Of a stretch of DNA of 44,304 nucleotides, positions 35,175 to 44,304 are shown piece by piece. Below the pieces are notes generated by a model that searched no databases, had not been told where the DNA came from, and worked only from the letters and a program-made list of their open reading frames with translations. The position numbers and the translations under genes were made by a program. The first letter of the stretch is position 1. Every line of letters starts with the position of its first letter. This DNA comes from Casimicrobiaceae bacterium (GTDB lineage Bacteria > Pseudomonadota > Gammaproteobacteria > Burkholderiales > Casimicrobiaceae), in NCBI GenBank assembly GCA_035542515.1, contig DATKLH010000607.1:1-44304 (forward strand), written 5' to 3'.

Positions 35175-35313
35175 CTCCTTGTGGACTCAAATCGGCGCGC
35201 GATTCCTGTTTCCGAAGCCGCGCCGGATGCGGCCTCCCCGGATGCCAACCACGATGCATGCTCCGCGCAATTGCGCCGGGGAAGACCCGGCTCGCGGCGG
35301 GTGAGGCAAGGAA
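35175..35313 (-). promoter_or_regulatory. rpsF leader (S6:S18 autoregulatory RNA)
   Basis: Minus strand TTCCTTGCCTC ... GAGTCCACAAGGAG: the 5' CCTTG can pair with the Shine-Dalgarno CAAGG, with a CCR next to it, as in known S6:S18 leaders. Confidence 0.7.
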
Positions 35314-35320
35314 GCCCAGT

Positions 35321-35350
35321 ATTTTAGCCTGAAAGGCCCTTTGCCCACAA
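35321..35350 (-). promoter_or_regulatory. sigma70 promoter of the rpsF operon
   Basis: TTGTGG-N18-TAAAAT immediately upstream of the leader. Confidence 0.6.
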
Positions 35351-35436
35351 CGTCAGGCGGGCGGCGCCCGCACTTGGCCCTAGCACGCCGGCAACCGCCG
35401 CTCGAGGCCGGCCAAGGACGATCGTCGCCCGGACGA

Positions 35437-36696
35437 TCAATGCGTGCCGGTGGTGGCGACCGGGGCTGCCGCGGCGACGGGTGCTCCCGAGGCCACCGGT
35501 GCGGTCGCCTCGACCCCGCCAGCAGTCCCCGGCACCACCGGCGCGATGCGGGCCTCCAGCGGCGCCGGGGCGCGGCTGGCGAGCGTCGCGAGGATCGTCT
35601 CACGCTTGGCGCGGTCGAGCGCCGCCATCTCGCGCACGCGGGCGTAGAACCGCGGCAGGTCGTCGTGCTCCTCGTGCAAAAGCTCGAGGAAAGCCGGCAC
35701 TCGATCGTTGTACAAGCCCATCGCCGCGATGTTGGCGTTGTTCGGGTGCTGCGCGAACCAGTTGTCGTACCCGGCCATGCCCGGATCCGCCGCCTTGACC
35801 TGCTCGTAGGCGGCATGCATCGCCGCGAAGGTCGCCTGCTTGGCCGCGCGCTTCTCCGCATCGCTCATCTTGCTGGCATAGACATGCACCAGCTTTGCGC
35901 GCGCCTCGCGCACCAGGTCGCGGAACATCACGCGCGAGCGCTGGGTGCGTCTGAACTGCTCTTCGAGCTTCGCGTTGTGCTGGGCCTTCAGCCAGCGTTG
36001 CACGCCAGCCTCTTCCACGGCGACGGCGAACGACTCGTTGAACGCCGTGTCGCCCTGTACATAGAGAAGCTGGTGCGCAAGCTCGTGGAAGATCAGCCGC
36101 GCGACCTCGGTTTCGGGCCAGCGCACGAACGAGGAGAGCACCGGATCGTCGAAGTAGCCGAGCGTCGAATACGCGGGCACGCCGCCGACGTACACGTCGT
36201 CGCCGCGTTCACGCAGGCGCTTGGCTTCCGCGCGCGCCTCGTCCTCACGGAAGTAGCCGCGGTAACTGACGCAGCCCGCGATCGGATAGCACCACTGCTC
36301 CGGACGCAGCGACAGCTCCGGCGTCGCGAACACGTTCCACAGCACGAACTGCCGGCCCAGATCCGTGTAATTGCGATAGCTGTTGTTCGCGGGAAGACCG
36401 AGCTCGCGCGTGGCGAACTCGCGAATCTCGTGCACTTTTTCGAGCCGAGTCTTCAGAACGACGTCGTGCGTGCTGCCGATCACCTCGGGGATCGGCTTCG
36501 CCCGCAGCAGCAGGTCCCACTGTCCCTGCGCGCTTTGCCAGTAGTAGCCGACAGTCGTCTGCAATGTTGCACAAGCGCTCAACGCGAGCGCGCCGGCAAC
36601 GACCGAGGCGGCCATCATGCGGCGCGGCCGCAGATGGGCGGCACTCCACGCGCGCTTCTTTACCGGCAAGCGCAACCGGTTCCAAGGGCGAAACAT
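35437..36696 (-). CDS. putative zinc aminopeptidase (DUF2265-like), lipoprotein
   Basis: LALSAC lipobox, WCYPIAGCVSYRGYF, AYSTLGYFDDP, LIFHELAHQ...FNESFA. Start is 36696 or 36618. Confidence 0.85.
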   Translation of the reverse strand: MFRPWNRLRLPVKKRAWSAAHLRPRRMMAASVVAGALALSACATLQTTVGYYWQSAQGQWDLLLRAKPIPEVIGSTHDVVLKTRLEKVHEIREFATRELGLPANNSYRNYTDLGRQFVLWNVFATPELSLRPEQWCYPIAGCVSYRGYFREDEARAEAKRLRERGDDVYVGGVPAYSTLGYFDDPVLSSFVRWPETEVARLIFHELAHQLLYVQGDTAFNESFAVAVEEAGVQRWLKAQHNAKLEEQFRRTQRSRVMFRDLVREARAKLVHVYASKMSDAEKRAAKQATFAAMHAAYEQVKAADPGMAGYDNWFAQHPNNANIAAMGLYNDRVPAFLELLHEEHDDLPRFYARVREMAALDRAKRETILATLASRAPAPLEARIAPVVPGTAGGVEATAPVASGAPVAAAAPVATTGTH

Positions 36697-36730
36697 ATTC
36701 TGCACAACTGCGTCGTGGGGGACCCCGCAA

Positions 36731-37900
36731 TTATCGGTCAAGAAATCGCCGAAGGCGATGGATTCCTTCCTGTAATTTTTCCATGCCGACGGTGTACGAC
36801 AAACGGACGTGCGCGCTCGCGCGGTGCACGCCGAAGTCGATGCCCGGCGTGATCGCGACGCCGGCACCGTCCAGCACGTCCCTGCAGAAGGTCGCGCTGT
36901 CCTCGGCGAACGCGGAGCAGTCGGCATAGACGAAGAAGCCGCCGGTAGGCGTCACCGGGATGCGAAAGCCGAGCTCGCGCAGCGCCGGCACCAGGAAATC
37001 GCGACGCTCGCGGAACGCGCGACGTCGCTGCTCGACGATGTCGTGCGTCGCCGGTGTGAAGCATGCGAGCGCAGCGAGTTGCGAAGGCGTGGGCGGCGAG
37101 ATGTACAGGTTCTGCGCGAGCTTCTCGAGGTCGCGCACGTGGCGCTCGGGCGCGACGATCCAGCCCAGACGCCAGCCGGTCATGTTGAAGTACTTCGAGA
37201 AGCTCGAGATGACGAATGCGTCGTCGGCCAGCGCCAGGGCGCTGCGCGGCTCGCCTTGGTAGGTGAGGCCGAGGTAGATCTCATCGACGATGAAGCGACC
37301 GCCGCGCGCGGCAACGGTGGCGGCGATGCGCTGCATCTCCTGAGCCGGGACCTCCGTGCCGGTGGGATTCGAAGGCGAGGCAATCAGCACGCCGCGCGTC
37401 GTGGGCGACCAGTGGCGCTCGACCAGTTGCGCGGTAAGCTGGTAGTTCGATTCGGGGCCCACCGGAATCGCGCGCGGCATCCCTTCGAGCACGCGCACGA
37501 ATTGCCGGGTGCACGGATAACCCGGGTCGGCGAGCAGGATCGACTCGTCGCGGTCGACGAGCAAGGCCATGACCAGCAGCAGTGCGGCCGAAGAACCGGC
37601 GGTGACGATGACGCGATCCGCCGACACCGAAGCACCGTAATGGTCGGCGTAGTGGCGCGCAATCGCCGCGCGCAGCTCGGGCAATCCCAGGGCGGAGGTG
37701 TAGTAGATGTTGCCGCTTGCGATCGCTGCCTGCGCCGCGGCGATCACCGGCGCCGGCGTCGGAAAATCCGGCTCGCCGATCTCCATGTGGACGATGCTGC
37801 GACCCTGCGCCTCGAGCGCGCGCGCGGCGGTCTGCACCTCCATGACGTGGAACGGTGCGATCTCCGCAACGCGGGCGGCAAGCTGCGCGCGATAATCCAT
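36731..37900 (-). CDS. class I/II PLP-dependent aminotransferase
   Basis: HMEIGEPDF, SPSNPTG, IVDEIY, SFSKYFNMTGWRLGW. Confidence 0.92.
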   Translation of the reverse strand: MDYRAQLAARVAEIAPFHVMEVQTAARALEAQGRSIVHMEIGEPDFPTPAPVIAAAQAAIASGNIYYTSALGLPELRAAIARHYADHYGASVSADRVIVTAGSSAALLLVMALLVDRDESILLADPGYPCTRQFVRVLEGMPRAIPVGPESNYQLTAQLVERHWSPTTRGVLIASPSNPTGTEVPAQEMQRIAATVAARGGRFIVDEIYLGLTYQGEPRSALALADDAFVISSFSKYFNMTGWRLGWIVAPERHVRDLEKLAQNLYISPPTPSQLAALACFTPATHDIVEQRRRAFRERRDFLVPALRELGFRIPVTPTGGFFVYADCSAFAEDSATFCRDVLDGAGVAITPGIDFGVHRASAHVRLSYTVGMEKLQEGIHRLRRFLDR

Positions 37901-38011
37901 CGGATGGTCTAGTGCCGTCGGGCAGGAGTTCGTTGAAGAATGCTCGCTACGCGCTCGCTGCGCGCATGAAAGCGCTATCGTAACGTGGCCCGCCGCTCTC
38001 GCGTCCAGCCC

Positions 38012-38533
38012 ATGTCCGTCCGCCTGACATTCGGAGTCGCCCTCGCCACGGTGGCGTTGACCGCGCACGCGGCGACCGGCACGTCGTCGGTCTACAAATG
38101 CGCGCTCGATGGCGGCGGGGTGATGTACCAGGACGCGCCCTGTCCGGCCGGACGCGAGTTGCGCGACTTCGATCGGGAACCCGCGGAAGTGTCGGTGTTG
38201 CCGTTCGCACCCGCACCTCCCACCCGACCCGCATCGACGGGCGCGGCAAAACCCGGCAAGCGAGGCGACTCGGCGAAATCCGCACGCAGCGCGTCGGAGC
38301 GGCATGCGAAGCCGGGAGGCGGCGATGCGGCGCAGCGCAAGTTCCTGGCGCCCGGAATCGGCGTGGGCGAGGTGCTCACCCGTATCGGTGCGCCGGACAT
38401 GAAGAGCCAGGGCAAGGGGAAGCGTCTCGAGCGCTGGACCTATCTTCCCACCAGCGCCGATGCGAACACGGTCACCACCCTCACCTTCGACGCGGGCCGA
38501 CTGATCGAGGTCGAGCGCAAGATCGTCCGCTAG
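38012..38533 (+). CDS. DUF4124-domain secreted protein with a SmpA/OmlA-like C-terminal domain
   Basis: Signal ending AHA; VYKC...G.VMYQDAPC; GEVLTRIGAPD...ERWTY...TLTFDAGRL. Confidence 0.75.
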   Translation: MSVRLTFGVALATVALTAHAATGTSSVYKCALDGGGVMYQDAPCPAGRELRDFDREPAEVSVLPFAPAPPTRPASTGAAKPGKRGDSAKSARSASERHAKPGGGDAAQRKFLAPGIGVGEVLTRIGAPDMKSQGKGKRLERWTYLPTSADANTVTTLTFDAGRLIEVERKIVR

Positions 38534-38729
38534 AGCGGCGATCGGGGAACACGTCGAAGATCAACCGAAATCAGCTCGCGACCGCGACGGCGAAGGCGCC
38601 GGCGCTTACCGGCACAAGCGCCGCTGACGGCAAGGTAAGGATCGCTGCGAACGTCCCGATGACCGAGACGACCAGCCGGCGCGACTCTGGCACTCCACCT
38701 GCGACTCACGACCCCGACGCGATACTGCA

Positions 38730-39182
38730 ATGAGAGCTCTGATCCAGCGTGTGCGCGAAGCCAGCGTGACCGCCGACGGCGCGCTGACCGGATCGATCGG
38801 CCAGGGATTGCTCGTGCTCGCGGCAGTGGCCACGGGCGACACCGATGAGGATCGCGCATGGATCGCGCGCAAGATCGTGCAAATGCGCATCTTCGATGAC
38901 GCGACCGGCGTGATGAATCGCTCGGTGCTGGACGTCGGCGGCGACATCCTCGCCGTGTCGCAATTCACGCTCTACGCGTCGACGCGCAAGGGCAACCGAC
39001 CGTCGTGGTCGGGGGCCGCGCCGCCCGAGATCGGTGCACCCGGCTTCGCGGCGTTCGTCGCGGCGCTCGTCGGCGCGCTCGGCAAGCCGGTTGCGACCGG
39101 TGTGTTCGGCGCTTACATGCAGGTGAGCCTGGTCAACGACGGTCCGGTCACGATCTGGCTCGACTCGCGCGTGCGCGAGTGA
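38730..39182 (+). CDS. dtd: D-aminoacyl-tRNA deacylase
   Basis: [35 protein letters not shown]. Confidence 0.96.
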   Translation: MRALIQRVREASVTADGALTGSIGQGLLVLAAVATGDTDEDRAWIARKIVQMRIFDDATGVMNRSVLDVGGDILAVSQFTLYASTRKGNRPSWSGAAPPEIGAPGFAAFVAALVGALGKPVATGVFGAYMQVSLVNDGPVTIWLDSRVRE

Positions 39183-39341
39183 ACGCAGGCGCGTGAGGTC
39201 GACTGCTTCAGATAAGCCCAGGGTTCACGCCATCTTCTGGTGCTGCCTCATAAGCTGGCGGCAGATCGTCGCGCCTGTGCGCGACCTGCTTGCGTGCGCC
39301 ATCGCCGTGCGCGCCAGACGTCCCTCCAGCGAACCGACGTG

Positions 39342-39367
39342 AAAAAGCCGGTCGCGAACGACCGGCT
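39342..39367 (-). terminator. Rho-independent terminator after the DoxX gene
   Basis: AAAAAGCCGGTCG-CGAA-CGACCGGCT. Confidence 0.75.
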
Positions 39368-39398
39368 CTAGTCAAGAAGTACGCTGCGCGCGGTCGGT

Positions 39399-39869
39399 TC
39401 AGCCGCGGTCGATGCTGTAGCGACCGGGACCGAATGCGAACAAGATCAGGAAGCCGCCGAGGATCGACACGTTCTTCATGAAGTTGATCTGTTGCATGGC
39501 GTGCTGCGCTTCCGGCGCCGCCCAGAAGTTGTGGAAGATCGGCGTGATCACGACCAGGAAGAGCATGAACGCCACGGCTACCCAGCGCGTCATCCATCCC
39601 GCGAGAATCGCAAGACCGCCGCCCAGCTCGATCGCGATGGCCGCCGCCGCGAGAAGCGCAGGCACGGGCAGGCCCTTGCTCGCAATGTATCCGACCGTCC
39701 CGTCGAACCCGGTGATCTTGCCGAAACCCGAGACGACGAACATCACCGCCAGCAGGATGCGCCCGACCAGGGCGGCGACATCGCGGGTGCCGGTCGATGC
39801 GAAGGATGTCGCGACGTAGCGTGACCCGGCATCATCGATGACGGCCGTGGGGCTGCGAGTGCTAATCAT
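39399..39869 (-). CDS. DoxX family membrane protein
   Basis: LVGRILLA.MF..SGFGK, IELGGG, FHNFW, FMKNVSILGG, GPGRYSID. Confidence 0.9.
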   Translation of the reverse strand: MISTRSPTAVIDDAGSRYVATSFASTGTRDVAALVGRILLAVMFVVSGFGKITGFDGTVGYIASKGLPVPALLAAAAIAIELGGGLAILAGWMTRWVAVAFMLFLVVITPIFHNFWAAPEAQHAMQQINFMKNVSILGGFLILFAFGPGRYSIDRG

Positions 39870-39902
39870 GTTGCCTTCCTTTCGATACTGTTTCGGGAAA
39901 CG

Positions 39903-40601
39903 TCAGGCCAGGTCGAAAACCAGCACTTCGGCCGCGGTTGCACCATCGAGCTCGACCTTCGACTCGTCTTCGACCTTCGCGGCATCGCCTGCGTTCAGCA
40001 GCGCGCCGTTGACCGTCACAGTGCCACGAGCGACATGCACATAAGCGCGCCGTCCGGGCGTCAGTGAAAGGCTGACACGCCCTGCGCCGTCGAGCAGGGT
40101 TGCGTACACGTAGGCGTCCTGCTGGATTGTCACGGAGCCGCCACGGCCGTCGGGTGATGCGATCAGCGCCAGTCTTCCGCGCTTCTGCTCGGCACCGATG
40201 TGCTTCTGTTCGTAGCTGGGCTTGGAGCCGCGCACCGCCGGCTCGATCCAAATCTGCAGGAAGTGCGCGATCGCATCCGACGACGGGTTGAACTCGCTGT
40301 GCATGACGCCGCGACCCGCGCTCATGCGCTGGACGTCGCCAGGCACGATCACCGAGCCGTTGCCCATGCTGTCCTTGTGCGCGAGCGATCCGTCGAGCAC
40401 GTAGGAGATGATCTCCATGTCGCGGTGACCGTGCGTGCCGAAGCCGCGACCCGGCTGCACGCGATCCTCGTTGATGACGCGCAACGCGCCGAAGCCCATA
40501 TGCAGCGGGTCGTAGTAGTCGGCGAAGCTGAAGCTGTGGAAGGAGTCGAGCCATCCGTGCTCGGCATGGCCGCGCTCGGGACCCGGTCTTAGTGCAATCA
40601 T
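39903..40601 (-). CDS. pirin family protein (YhhW/YhaK-like)
   Basis: HGWLDSFHSFSFADYYDP, LRVINED, HGHRDMEI, MSAGRGVMHSE, FLQIWI; CAGGAG RBS. Confidence 0.93.
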   Translation of the reverse strand: MIALRPGPERGHAEHGWLDSFHSFSFADYYDPLHMGFGALRVINEDRVQPGRGFGTHGHRDMEIISYVLDGSLAHKDSMGNGSVIVPGDVQRMSAGRGVMHSEFNPSSDAIAHFLQIWIEPAVRGSKPSYEQKHIGAEQKRGRLALIASPDGRGGSVTIQQDAYVYATLLDGAGRVSLSLTPGRRAYVHVARGTVTVNGALLNAGDAAKVEDESKVELDGATAAEVLVFDLA

Positions 40602-40713
40602 TCGAATCTCCTGTTGGCTGAGCCGGCGCACCCTGCCGCCGGCGTATCGCTCTATGAACAGAATGATGCGCTTGCCGTTTCGCGATTGATAACGAATAAT
40701 TCTGGGCAACTCG

Positions 40714-40728
40714 TTCATATTTTTCGAA
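40714..40728. promoter_or_regulatory. LysR-type T-N11-A binding site
   Basis: TTCATATTTTTCGAA (TTCA-N7-CGAA) in the AT-rich divergent promoter, overlapping the LysR start. Confidence 0.55.
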
Positions 40729-41717
40729 TGCCCGGACTCAGGCTCTCGCTCGACGCGCTGCTGGTCCTCGACGCCATCGATCGCCAAGGCAGCTTCGCCG
40801 CCGCCGCGGAGGAGCTGCACCGTGTTCCCTCGGCGATCACCTACCAGATCCAGAAGCTCGAGGCGGATCTCGACGTCCTCTTGTTCGATCGGTCCGGCCA
40901 TCGAGCCAGGCTCACCGCCGCCGGACGCGAGTTGCTCGATGCGGGGCGGGTGCTCCTCGCCAGTGCGAACGAGCTCGAGCATCGCGTGCGTCGCATTGCG
41001 ACCGGATGGGAACCCGAGCTGCGCGTCGCCGTCGACGCGGTGATCCCGTTCCGCTACCTGTGGCCGATGGTGGCGCAGTTTCTTGCCGATTGCTCGGCCC
41101 AGGGCGTACCGCAGACCCGGCTCAAGCTCACCCGCGAAGTGCTCGGCGGAAGCTGGGATGCCATGGTGGAGGGACGCGCCGATCTCGTCATCGGTGCGCC
41201 GGGCGATGCGCCGTCTGGCGCCGGGCTTCGCGTCCGGCGCTTCGCGGAGCTCAACGCCGTCTTCGCGGTGGCGCCGAGCCATCCCCTCGCGCGTCATCCC
41301 GAGCCGATTCCCAGCCGCGTCGTTGCCCAGCATCGCGTGGTGGTTGCTGCCGATTCGTCGCGCCGGCTGCCGCCGCGAAGCATCGGACTCGGCGACGGAC
41401 CCGATACGCTCACGGTGCCCGACATCGAGGCCAAGATCGCCGCGCAGGTCGCCGGACTCGGGTGCGGCTTCGTCCCCTTGCATCTCGCGCAGAGCGACAT
41501 CGCGGCGGGACGCCTGGTCGTGAGGCGCATCGAAGATCAGGGCCACACCGGCCCGCTGTCCATCGCATGGCGCGCCGAGCGGCCGGGCAACGCGCTGCAG
41601 TGGTGGATCGATGCGATCCAGCGCTCGGGACTTGGCGAAACGATCGCAGCCGGCGCGCGCCTCGCGGAGCAGCGTTCCGTGAAACGTCGCGCCGCGCGCC
41701 GCGTCGGGCGCGGCTAG
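40728..41717 (+). CDS. LysR family regulator (YhaJ-like)
   Basis: GSFAAAAEELHRVPSAITYQIQKLE HTH; EVLGGSWDA; divergent from pirin-DoxX. Confidence 0.92.
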   Translation: MPGLRLSLDALLVLDAIDRQGSFAAAAEELHRVPSAITYQIQKLEADLDVLLFDRSGHRARLTAAGRELLDAGRVLLASANELEHRVRRIATGWEPELRVAVDAVIPFRYLWPMVAQFLADCSAQGVPQTRLKLTREVLGGSWDAMVEGRADLVIGAPGDAPSGAGLRVRRFAELNAVFAVAPSHPLARHPEPIPSRVVAQHRVVVAADSSRRLPPRSIGLGDGPDTLTVPDIEAKIAAQVAGLGCGFVPLHLAQSDIAAGRLVVRRIEDQGHTGPLSIAWRAERPGNALQWWIDAIQRSGLGETIAAGARLAEQRSVKRRAARRVGRG

Positions 41718-41900
41718 TGTGCTGTCGCGAAAGGAACGCGAGTCACCCAGGCGGTCGCGCGGGTCGACCCCGCGGATGCGAGCGTGCTGGAGATCACCGT
41801 TCCGACTTTGCCGCCCGGCACCTGTCGCGTGAGCTGGCGCGTGCTCTCCGTGGATGCGCACGTCACCAACGGCGATTTCACGTTCGATGTTGCACCGTAG
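41718..41900 (+). pseudogene. copC: copC remnant (C-terminal half only)
   Basis: Manual translation ...VLEITVPTLPPGTCRVSWRVLSVDAHVTNGDFTFDVAP*. The signal peptide and N-terminal His are missing; it abuts the LysR stop. Confidence 0.75.
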
Positions 41901-41933
41901 GCCACACCCCGGTTTCGCGGGCTCGATCGCGTC

Positions 41934-42790
41934 GTGACAACGCTGCTCGCGCTCGCGCGGTTTGCGCACATCGCCTCGACGATGGCGTTGTTCGGCGCTC
42001 CGCTGTTCCTGCGCTGGGCGGCGATACCCGCTTGCAATCGCTTGGACGATTCGGCGCGCCACTTGGACGTGCTCGCTCGCCGGTTACGTGCCGTGCAAGC
42101 GTGGGCGGTCGGCATCGCGCTGGTCTCGGTGATGCTCTGGCTCGGAGCGGAAGCCGCCAACATGAGCGGATTGCCCGCGGCGCAGGCCGGGCATGGGACA
42201 CGATCGCCGTCGTGCTCGCGCAGACCGGCTTCGGACAACTTTGGCTCGCTCGGCTCGCGTTGCTCGTCGCGCTGCTGGCGCTGGTTTCGCGCAAGTCGGG
42301 CGGATCCGCTGCCCCGTCGCGAACCGCGCTGCAGGCCATCGTCGGCGGGTTTATCTCGCGTCGCTTGCCGCTTCGGGACACGCTGCGGCAGGCAATGGCG
42401 CCGACCGGTTGATCGAGCTCGGCTCCGATGCGATTCATCTTCTTGCAGCGGGCGCGTGGCTGGGGATGCGCAGCCTATCCGACGACATATGCCGCGCTCG
42501 AGGTGCCCTACGCCACCGGGACGCTCGTGCACGGCGCACAACTCTACCTCCGGAACTGCGCAGCTTGTCATGGCAGCGACGCTCGCGGCCACGGTCCGGC
42601 GGTCACCACGCTGCGCGGTCGTCCGACCGATCTGGTCGAGCACGCGTCGCATCATCGCGCCGGCGACCTGTACTGGTGGATCGTGCACGGCATTCCGGAC
42701 ACGCCCATGCGGGCCTTCGGCACACGCACGAGCGATTCGGAAACGTGGAGCGTGGTGGCGTACCTCGCATTAGCCGATCGCGATCGAGGA
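41934..42790 (+). pseudogene. frameshifted, internally deleted CopD-cytochrome c fusion
   Basis: CopD pieces fall in three frames (LARFAHIAS..LFG; VLAQTGFGQLWLARL; SGHAAAG...HLLAAGAWLG). These are followed by AYPTTY...NCAACHG...GDLYWWI.HGIPDTPM (CxxCH). There is no stop before uxaC. Confidence 0.75.
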
Positions 42791-42796
42791 CGAGCG

Positions 42797-44209
42797 CTAG
42801 AGCTTGTAGGCCGACTTCGCGAATCCGTAGGCGAGCAGCGGCGCAAGCTCGAACGCTTCGTCTTCGTCGAGGCGATGCTCGCGCACCGCGTTGGCGAGAA
42901 AGCGACACGCGACCCGCCGCCAGACGTCGTGGCGCGCCGGGATCGACATGAATGCGCGCGTATCGTCGTTGAACCCCACGGTGTTGTAGAAGCCCGCCGT
43001 CTCCACCACCTGACCCAGGAAGCGCAGCATGCCCTCGAAGCTGTCGTGGAACCACCATGGCGGACCCAGCTTCAGAACCGGGTAGTGGCCGGCGAGCGGC
43101 GCGAGCTCGCGCGCGTAGCTCGTCTCGTCGAGCGTGAACAGGATGATCGACAGGTCGCGCTCATTGCCGTAGCGCGCAAGCAGCGGCGCGAGCGCGTGCA
43201 CGTAGTCGGTGCGCATCGGGATGTCGGCGCCCTTGTCGCGACCGAAACGCTCGTGGACCAGCCGGTTGTGATTGCGCACCGCGCCCGGATGGATCTGCAG
43301 CACGAGCTGGTCGTCGAGGCTCATGCCCGCCATCTCGGTCAGCATCTGGCCACGGAAGGCCTCGGCCTCGTTGCGATTCAGCGCTCCGCGCAATGCGCCG
43401 TCGAGGAGTCGCTGACACTCCGACGGCGACAGATCGCAGGTGAAAGCCGTGGGGTGACCATGGTCGGTGCTCGTGGCACCCATGCTCTTGAAGAATGCAC
43501 GGCGCCGGCGATGCGCAGCGAGATAACCCTGCCAGGTCGCGGCGTTCTCGCCGGTGAGCGCCCCGAGTTGTTGAACGTTTGCCGCGAAGCCGTCGAACTC
43601 GGGATCGACCACGGGATCGGGTCGGTACGCGGTGACCACCCTGCCCTTCCAACCGCTTTCGCGCATCTTGCGATGATGGAGCAGCGGATCGAGCGGCGAT
43701 TCCGTCGTCGCGATCACCTCGATGTTGAATCGCTCGAACAGCGCACGCGGCCGAAACTCCGGTCGCGCAAGCGCGGCGTTGATCGTGTCGAAGTAGCGAT
43801 CGGCGCTCTGCGCAGTCAGGCGCTCGTCGATGCCGAAGACCGTCGCGAAGGCGTGATCGAGCCAGATGCGCGTCGGTGTGCCGCGAAACAGGTGATAGTT
43901 CGCCGCGAAGCGATGCCAGATCCTGCGCGCGTCGCCTTCGATCGGCCCGCCATCGCGGCGGGGAATGCCGAGGTCCTCGAGCGCGATGCCCTGGCTGTAG
44001 AGCATGCGGAATACGTAGTGGTCCGGCGTGATGAACAGCGCCGAGGCGTCGCCGAACGGCGTGTCGTCCGCGTACCACTGCGGGTCGGTGTGACCGTGCG
44101 GGCTGACAATGGGCAGCGCTGAAACCGTGTCGTAAAGACGGCGCGCAAGCAAGCGCGTCGAGGGCTCGGTGGGAAACAGGCGGTCGGGATCGAGATGGAG
44201 CGGGATCAT
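42797..44209 (-). CDS. uxaC: uronate (glucuronate) isomerase
   Basis: LPIVSPHGHTDP, PDHYVFRML, STDHGH, QIHPG, WWFHDS, GFNDDTRAF..IPARHD. Confidence 0.95.
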   Translation of the reverse strand: MIPLHLDPDRLFPTEPSTRLLARRLYDTVSALPIVSPHGHTDPQWYADDTPFGDASALFITPDHYVFRMLYSQGIALEDLGIPRRDGGPIEGDARRIWHRFAANYHLFRGTPTRIWLDHAFATVFGIDERLTAQSADRYFDTINAALARPEFRPRALFERFNIEVIATTESPLDPLLHHRKMRESGWKGRVVTAYRPDPVVDPEFDGFAANVQQLGALTGENAATWQGYLAAHRRRRAFFKSMGATSTDHGHPTAFTCDLSPSECQRLLDGALRGALNRNEAEAFRGQMLTEMAGMSLDDQLVLQIHPGAVRNHNRLVHERFGRDKGADIPMRTDYVHALAPLLARYGNERDLSIILFTLDETSYARELAPLAGHYPVLKLGPPWWFHDSFEGMLRFLGQVVETAGFYNTVGFNDDTRAFMSIPARHDVWRRVACRFLANAVREHRLDEDEAFELAPLLAYGFAKSAYKL

Positions 44210-44304
44210 GGCGTTTCGGGCCCGGACAACGCATTGGAGCCACGGCGCGCACGCGGGATTGCGCCTGCTTTCAAGGCAGGATGCGAAGCGCATGGTCGCG
44301 GGAG

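Noticed and set aside
39208-39320. Short minus-strand ORF ending ...RQHQKMA, as a four-helix copper-protein remnant
   Set aside because: The Cys pattern is absent and it lies beyond the DoxX terminator; there is not enough support.
39399-41717. LysR-pirin-DoxX module as a new system
   Set aside because: This is a common, described arrangement (YhaJ/YhaK-like).
42428-44122. 564-aa plus-strand ORF containing CxxCH
   Set aside because: Only about the first 115 aa are a cytochrome c remnant; the rest is the antisense shadow of uxaC.

Overview
High-GC (about 65-68% by eye) bacterial chromosome segment, most likely betaproteobacterial (rpsF-priB-rpsR-rplI-dnaB order, split-arnA Ara4N cluster). 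Left to right: acetate uptake module (partial cNMP-domain gene, actP, DUF485); enoyl-CoA hydratase and acyl-CoA synthetase; PduO-type adenosyltransferase with an ECF sigma/RskA-type anti-sigma pair; a MITE; two small paralogous membrane-anchored proteins; cysS; a complete lipid A Ara4N (arn) cluster; bcp; a lipoprotein; PIN-PhoH. An accessory block of about 10 kb follows. It holds a small secreted protein with a Shiga-toxin-B-like helix motif, a 2739-aa Sec-signal Ig/SpvB/FG-GAP/RHS polymorphic toxin, a coupled immunity gene ending in an attC-like site, and a REP-flanked 19-21 bp tandem array. After it come a methyltransferase, dnaB (with an unusually low-GC 5' third), the S6 operon, an aminopeptidase, an aminotransferase, DUF4124, dtd, DoxX-pirin-LysR, a decayed copC/copD-cytochrome c locus and uxaC. 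The best candidate for a new system is the pairing of the B-subunit-like protein with the RHS toxin and its immunity gene. All calls come from motif recognition by eye; no searches were run.
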